64,000 nucleotides of DNA, from the NCBI GenBank assembly GCA_963816905.1, contig CAWFMQ010000020.1, forward strand, positions 1,862-65,861. Direction: 5' to 3'. The stretch is from an uncultured Chloroflexia bacterium (GTDB lineage: Bacteria > Chloroflexota > Limnocylindria > Limnocylindrales > CSP1-4). Numbering within the stretch: the stretch's first letter is position 1; every line of letters begins with the position of its first letter. Of this stretch, positions 63,835 through 64,000 are shown piece after piece. The notes beneath the pieces were generated by a model, which searched no databases, had not been told where the DNA came from, and was given only the letters and a program-made list of their open reading frames with translations. The translations under genes and the position numbers were made by a program.

Positions 63835-64000
63835 CGTTCATGCCTCCTTCGCAGCGGTGCGCACAGGACGCGACTGGTCGAACGGCTGCCAGGCGCCCCG
63901 CGCGCGATGGCGGATTCGGACTTCCCCCGCAAGGGCCTGCATGGTGTCACGGCACAGGGACGGGGTCAAGGCTGGAACGGTGAGAGCGTGCGGGCAGATC

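Overview
This is a 64-kb, very G+C-rich bacterial chromosomal segment (roughly 70% by eye), with actinobacterial- or Chloroflexota-like gene content. The first ~1.37 kb is the exception. It is visibly lower in G+C and encodes a tungsten-type aldehyde:ferredoxin oxidoreductase that runs in frame into a 5'-truncated AI-2E transporter, which suggests a chimeric junction. I recognised no rRNA, tRNA, CRISPR array, integrase or transposase.

Main blocks:
(i) Glycan-biosynthesis genes at 3.6-9.7 kb and 23.4-32.8 kb: three sulfotransferases, four GT4 glycosyltransferases, DUF354, WecB, ManC, a GHMP sugar kinase, PMM and PGI/PMI.
(ii) A minus-strand operon at 10.4-15.3 kb: lipoprotein, two CrtI-family flavoenzymes and DUF4097.
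(iii) A small conflict island at 15.9-19.2 kb: an RHH-VapC pair plus an overlapping three-gene operon (minimal nucleotidyltransferase, 110-aa ORF, GHKL/paraMORC-like ATPase). This operon is my best candidate for an undescribed system.
(iv) A cobalamin riboswitch followed by btuFCD.
(v) Methyl-cycle and salvage genes: metK, ahcY, apt and an MtnA/eIF2B-like gene.
(vi) A ~1850-aa secreted multicopper oxidase with an FN3/MBG/Ig-like tail.
(vii) A form-II CoxSLM-type molybdenum hydroxylase whose CoxD/E/F-like accessory genes are separated from it by a toxin-antitoxin islet.

Two sharply bounded regions (about 22.97-26.17 kb and 37.73-39.95 kb) are full of frameshifts in otherwise well-conserved genes. 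Isolated single-base frameshifts occur elsewhere, mostly in short homopolymer runs. This looks like sequence or assembly error rather than gene decay, but it needs read-level checking.

Many long ORFs in the six-frame track are antisense or out-of-frame artefacts of high G+C and were ignored. Internal start codons were placed by amino-acid offsets from the ORF track. Frameshift positions are approximate (about +/-15 nt).
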